Source: Hemiscyllium ocellatum
Taxonomy: Eukaryota
Assembly (NCBI RefSeq): GCF_020745735.1
Contig: NC_083401.1
Span: 96,593,740 to 96,657,739, forward strand
Direction: 5' to 3'
DNA: 64,000 nt
Shown here in pieces: positions 59,207-64,000 of the stretch (the stretch's first letter is position 1; the number at the start of each line of letters is the position of its first letter). A program made the translations under genes and the position numbers. Below the pieces are notes generated by a model. That model was given only the letters and a program-made list of their open reading frames with translations. It was not told the DNA's origin and ran no database searches.

Positions 59207-62200
59207 TAGAACATAGAACATTACAGCATAGTATAGGCCCTTGATGTTGTGCTGAACTGTGGAATGAGTGTGAAGCTCATCTAAGCTACGCTATTCCATT
59301 CTAGTCCATATGCCGATCCAATGACCATTTAAATGCCCTTAAAGTTAGTGAATCTATTACTGTTGCAGGCAGTGTGTTCCACAGCACTACTACTCTGAGT
59401 AGGGAAACTACTTCTAACATTTGGCCTACATCTATCATCCCTCAACGTATACTATGTTCCCTCGTGCTAGCCATCACCATCTGAGGAAACTGTCTAGCCT
59501 ATCTAACCCTCTGATTATCTTCTATGTCTCAATTAAGTTGCTTCTCAACCTTCTTCTCTCTAATGAAAACACCCTCAAGTCCCTCAGCGTTTCCTCGTAA
59601 GACCTTACCTCCATACCAGGCAACATCCTCGTAACTCTCCTCTGAATTCTTTCCAAAGCTTCCACACCCTTCCCAAAATGCAGTGACCAGAACTGTACAC
59701 AATACTCCAAATATGGCTGCAACAGAGTTTTGTACAGCGGCAGCATGATCTCATGGTTCTGAAACACAATCCCTCTACTAATAACAGCCAACACACCATA
59801 TGCCCTCCTAACAAACCTATCAACCTGGTGGCAACTTTCAAGGATCTAGGCACCAAGATCTCTCTGCTCATCTACACTACTAAGAATCTTACCATTAGCC
59901 CAGTACTCTGCATTCCTGTTACTCCTTCCAAAGTGAACCACCTCACACTTTTCTGCATTAAACTCCATTTGCCACCTCTCAGCCCAGCTCTGCAACTTAT
60001 CTATGTCTGCCTGTAACCTACAACATCCTTCATCACTATCCTCAACTCTACCAACCTTAGTGTCATCCGCAAACTTACTAACCCATTCTTTTATGCCCTC
60101 ATCCAGGTGACTTATAAAAATGACAAACAACAATGGATTCTTGCAGTATCCCACTAGTAACTGAACTCCAGGATGCATATTTCCCATCAATCACCACCCT
60201 CTGTCTTCTTTCAGCTAGCCAATTTCTGATCCAAACCACTAAATCACCTTCAATCCTTGCCTCCATATTTTGTACAATAGCCTACCATGGGGAACCTTAT
60301 CAAACACCTTACTGAGATCCATATACACCACATCAACCGCTTTACCTTCATCCACCTGTTTGGTCACCTTCTCAAAGAACTCAATAAGGCTTGTGAGGTA
60401 CGATCTACCCTTCACAAAGCCACATTGATTATCCTGAATCAACTTATTTCTCTCTTGATGATTACACATCCTATCTCTTACAACTCTTTCCAACACTTTA
60501 CCCACAACCAAAGTAAGGCTCACAGGTGTACAATTTCCAGGATTGTCTCTTCTCCCCTTTTCGAACAAAGGAACAACATTTGCTATTCTCCACTTTTGTG
60601 GGCACTATTCCTGTATGCAATAATGACAAAGATCAAAGCCAAAGGCTCTGCAATCTCCTCCCTGGCTTCCCAGAGAATCCTGGGATAAATCCCATCTGGC
60701 CCAGGGAACCTTTCTATTTTTACACTTTCCAGAATTGTTAACACTTCATTTTGCATCTCAATCCCATCTAGTCTATTAGCCTGTATCACAGTATTCTCCT
60801 CAAACACAGTCTTTTTCTACCTTGAATACTAATGAAAATTATTCATTTAGTGATTCTCCTATCTCCTCTGATTCCACACACAACTTCCCACTGCTATGTT
60901 TAATTGTCTCTAATCTTACTCTAGTCATTCTTTTATTCCTGATATAGCTATAGAAAGCATCAGGGTTTTCCTTGATCCTATCGCCAATGACTTCTCATGT
61001 CCCCTCCTGGCTCTTCTTAGCTCTCTATGCGTCTTTCCTGGCTAACTTGTAATACTCAAGCACCCTAACTGAGCCATCACATCTCAACCTAACATAAGCT
61101 TTCTTTTTCCTCTTGACAAGAGATTCAAATTCCTTAATAAACCACAGCACTGTGACAACTTCATTTCTGCCTGACCGCTACATACTTATCAAGAACCCCT
61201 AAAGCTGGTCCTTGAAAAAGCTCCACATTTCAATTGTGCCCATCCCCTGCAATTTTCTTTCCCATCCTATGCATCCTAAATCTTGCCTAAATGCATCGTA
61301 ATTGCCTTTCCTCTACCTATAACTCTTGCCCTGCGGTATATACCTATCTCTTTCCATCACTTAAGTAAACATAACCGAATTGTGGTCACTACCACCAAAG
61401 TGCTCACCTACCTCCAAATCTAACACCTGACCGGGTTCATTACCCAGCAACAAATCTAGTGTGGCCTCACTCCTTGTTGGCCTGTCTACATACTGTGCCA
61501 GGAAATCCCCCTGCACACATTAGACAAAAACTGACCTAGCGGAACCATAAAAATTCCCAGTCATTATTTGGAAAGTTAAAGACCCCATAACAATTACCCT
61601 GTCACTCTCACTCCTATCGAGGATCTTCTTTGCTATCCTACCCTCTATATCACTGGAGCTATTTGGTGGCCTACAGAAAACTCTCAACAGGGTAACCTCT
61701 CCTTTCCTGTTTCTAATCTCAGCCTATACTACCTCAGTAGACGAGTCCTCAAACATCTTTTCTGCAACAGCAATACTGTCCTTGACTAACAGTGCCACAC
61801 CATCCCCCTTTTACCATTTTCTCTGTTCTTACTGAAACATTTAAATCCAGAACCTGCAACATTCCTGTCCCTGCTCTACCCATGTCTCTGAAGTGGCCAC
61901 AACATTGAAATCCCAGGTACCAACCCATACTACAAGTTCACCCACCTTATGCCGGATGCTCTTGGCATTGAAGTAGACAAACTTCAAACCAACTTCTTGC
62001 CTGCCAGTGCCTTCTTGCGATCCTGAAATCTTCATTCTGACTTCACTACTCTCATCTTTCTATATATTCGAACTACAATTTCGGTTCCCACCCCCCTGCT
62101 GAATTAAATCCACCTGGGGAGCATTAGCAAATATACCCCCCCAGGATATTGGTAAGACACTTGTTGAGGTGAAGACCATCCTGTTTGTGGAGGTCCCATA

Positions 62201-62500
62201 TACCCACATACCCTTGTTGAGGGGAACAGCCACAGGGGATCCCTACACTGCCTGCTGGTCCCCTTTATCCCCTGACGGTCACCCATCTACCTTCATATTT
62301 GACCTGAAGTGTGACTACCTCCCAGTAACTCCTCTCAATAAGCCCCTCTATTTCCCAAATGATCCAAAGTTCTTCCAGCTCCAGTTCCCTAATGTGGTTT
62401 TCAAGGAGCTGGAGTTGGGTACACTTCCCACAGATACAGTCAACAACGACACTACTGGTCACCCTTACCTCCCACATTCTACAGGACATTCTTCTCATGT
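59207..62500 (-). mobile_element. Near-full-span decayed CR1 (ORF1 N-terminus, endonuclease, RT, 3' tail) with internal deletions
   Basis: ORF1 CxxC plus leucine-zipper pattern (SCRMWEV..CICGKCTQLQLLENHIRELE, 62265..62498). EN motif YFNAKSIRHKVGEL..VVATSETW (61841..62035). RT motifs PGPDG, GFVKGRS, KFADDTK. (AGAACAT)n tail. Confidence 0.92.
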
Positions 62501-62897
62501 TACAATTCTGAAGGATTTCATCAATGGCTTAAATTTATATGGTATATTTAATGTAATAAGATATCCAAAGATGTTTAACAGGAGTGTTATCATAAAGGAT
62601 GATCTGTCATGAAATCTCATTAGATGTTAAGGGGGATGGACAAATGATCGGTCAGAGATTTTAAGGAATGTGTGAATGACATTAAAAAAAGAATTTTTGA
62701 ATTAGGGTCTTGGTAACTGATAGTATGCCATCAATTGTAACATAATGCAGATTGGAGTTGCTCAAGAGACCAGCACCAAATGGATGCAGACATTGAACAG
62801 CATGAGGCTGAAGTGGCTTACAGAGCTTTAAATGGGTGAACCCCAAAGCTATGTAGGGACTTCAAAACAAGATTAAGAATCTTAAAATAAAGGAGGG

Positions 62898-62992
62898 GTC
62901 TGAAGAAGTATCACTGAACTTGAAACATTAACCGTTTTTTCTCCATAGATACTGCCAGACCTGTAGAGCTTCTCCAAATATTTGTTTTTTGT
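62898..62992 (+). mobile_element. Penelope-like tail with decayed HHR, inside an L2-like fragment (~62690-63245)
   Basis: tctgaagaagtatcactgaacttgaaacattaac...tagatactgccagacctg. Confidence 0.65.
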
Positions 62993-63688
62993 TATGAGAA
63001 TCTTAATTTGCTTGACCAGCACATAGACAAGCTTATTTAAAAATTCTCAATGTCTTTTGGAGTGATTTGTGATTATGACCAAGATTCCCTTAAATATGTA
63101 TCAAGGATAATGACTAGGATTTAGTGAGTGTAGTTTTGAACAGCAAATATTACAATGTGGATTCTTGGTCAGGAACATGTTGGAATAATCAAAGTGGGGG
63201 CAATAGCATGAATGTAAGTTTCAGCAGATGAACTTATGCAGGGATAAAATAACCCACGCTGTATCGGCAATTAAACATTAATATACATCCAATAATCTTA
63301 CACCTGTAATTTTACTGCGCTTTTAAAACAGTTTCCAGAAACTGTTTCTTGGTTGACTTTGTCTTTTTGTACAGGTGTCAAGAGTTTCAACCTTTTTTTT
63401 AAAACTGTAACTAGCAATTTTGCTGCCGTACACAACTTGGTATTGTGAGAGCATAATTCCAATCAACTGCAACAGAACATCGGCTATCAGAACAGGCAAA
63501 TAACAGGTAAAATTCGTGAAGTATTTTGGCATAAAGGACAGAAAGAGGCAGAATCCTAAAGCACGTACAGGATAGTTAGCTGAGATTTCATTAGGGCAGT
63601 TCTTTCAGTGTGATAGTTCATAGTGGGAAGTTAGCAATGGAAGTGGAATGAATAAAAGATGTTTAGTACCAAAGAAGCTTGTCTGAAT

Positions 63689-63793
63689 TTCTTCAGGAAA
63701 TTCTTCAGGAAGGGCTTATGCCCAAAACGTCATCACTCTTGCTCCTTGGATGCTGCCTGTCCTGCTGTGCTTTTCCAGCAACACATTTTTCAG
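63689..63793 (+). mobile_element. Penelope-like tail preceded by inverted HHR-core fragments
   Basis: ttcttcaggaa x2 (reverse complement of ttcctgaagaa), then gggcttatgcccaaaacgtc...gatgctgcctgtcctgctgtgcttttccagcaacac. Confidence 0.78.
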
Positions 63794-64000
63794 AACTGCA
63801 TAGAATGGGAAAATCTAAGTTGCGGTGAGCAAACCCAGTCTCCTCCGCGAAGATTCCTTAACACTGCCCTTTTCAATGTAGTAACTTCTCAGAAGCCTCA
63901 ACTCTGCAATGTGCATTGAAAGTAAAGAAGCATGGGAATGGTTTAAGCATGAAGACTACCTGCACTGGTTTGTGGAAGGCAGGATGGGATAAGAATAATG

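Noticed and set aside
12000-63170. Isolated FOXH1-like AATCCACA/TGTGGATT motifs as Nodal response elements
   Set aside because: A handful of scattered 8-mers in 64 kb with no clustering near the promoter cannot be distinguished from chance.

Overview
Eukaryotic genomic DNA, almost certainly from a cartilaginous fish (HE1/V-SINEs, shark-type CR1 and L2 LINEs, DeuSINE-like relics; the taxon is inferred from the repeats). The only host gene I can support is RASL11B on the minus strand. Exons 1-3 lie at 1023-1137, 625-681 and 414-490 with canonical GT-AG introns, and exon 4 is presumably left of the window. A TATA+CCAAT promoter sits at ~1607-1642, and the inferred AUG-free 5'UTR contains a 33-bp minisatellite. 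The remaining ~62 kb upstream is a repeat-rich gene desert with nested CR1/L2/SINE insertions, relics of a two-gene Harbinger-like DNA transposon and a few candidate conserved non-coding blocks. The most interesting signal is a set of Penelope-like (Neptune-type, GIY-YIG) retroelements whose 3' regions carry minimal type-I hammerhead ribozyme (HHR) motifs, with compensatory stem-II changes between subfamilies. Insertion ends and inversion breakpoints repeatedly map onto the ribozyme. One arm of a 2.4-kb fold-back insertion ends exactly at the predicted cleavage site, a tandemly duplicated tail starts exactly at it twice, and about seven short fold-back elements pivot inside the ~35-nt HHR. Several insertions have 12-15-bp target-site duplications. 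HHRs in Penelope-like elements are known; this breakpoint architecture is the part that may be undescribed. All calls are by eye and repeat boundaries are approximate.
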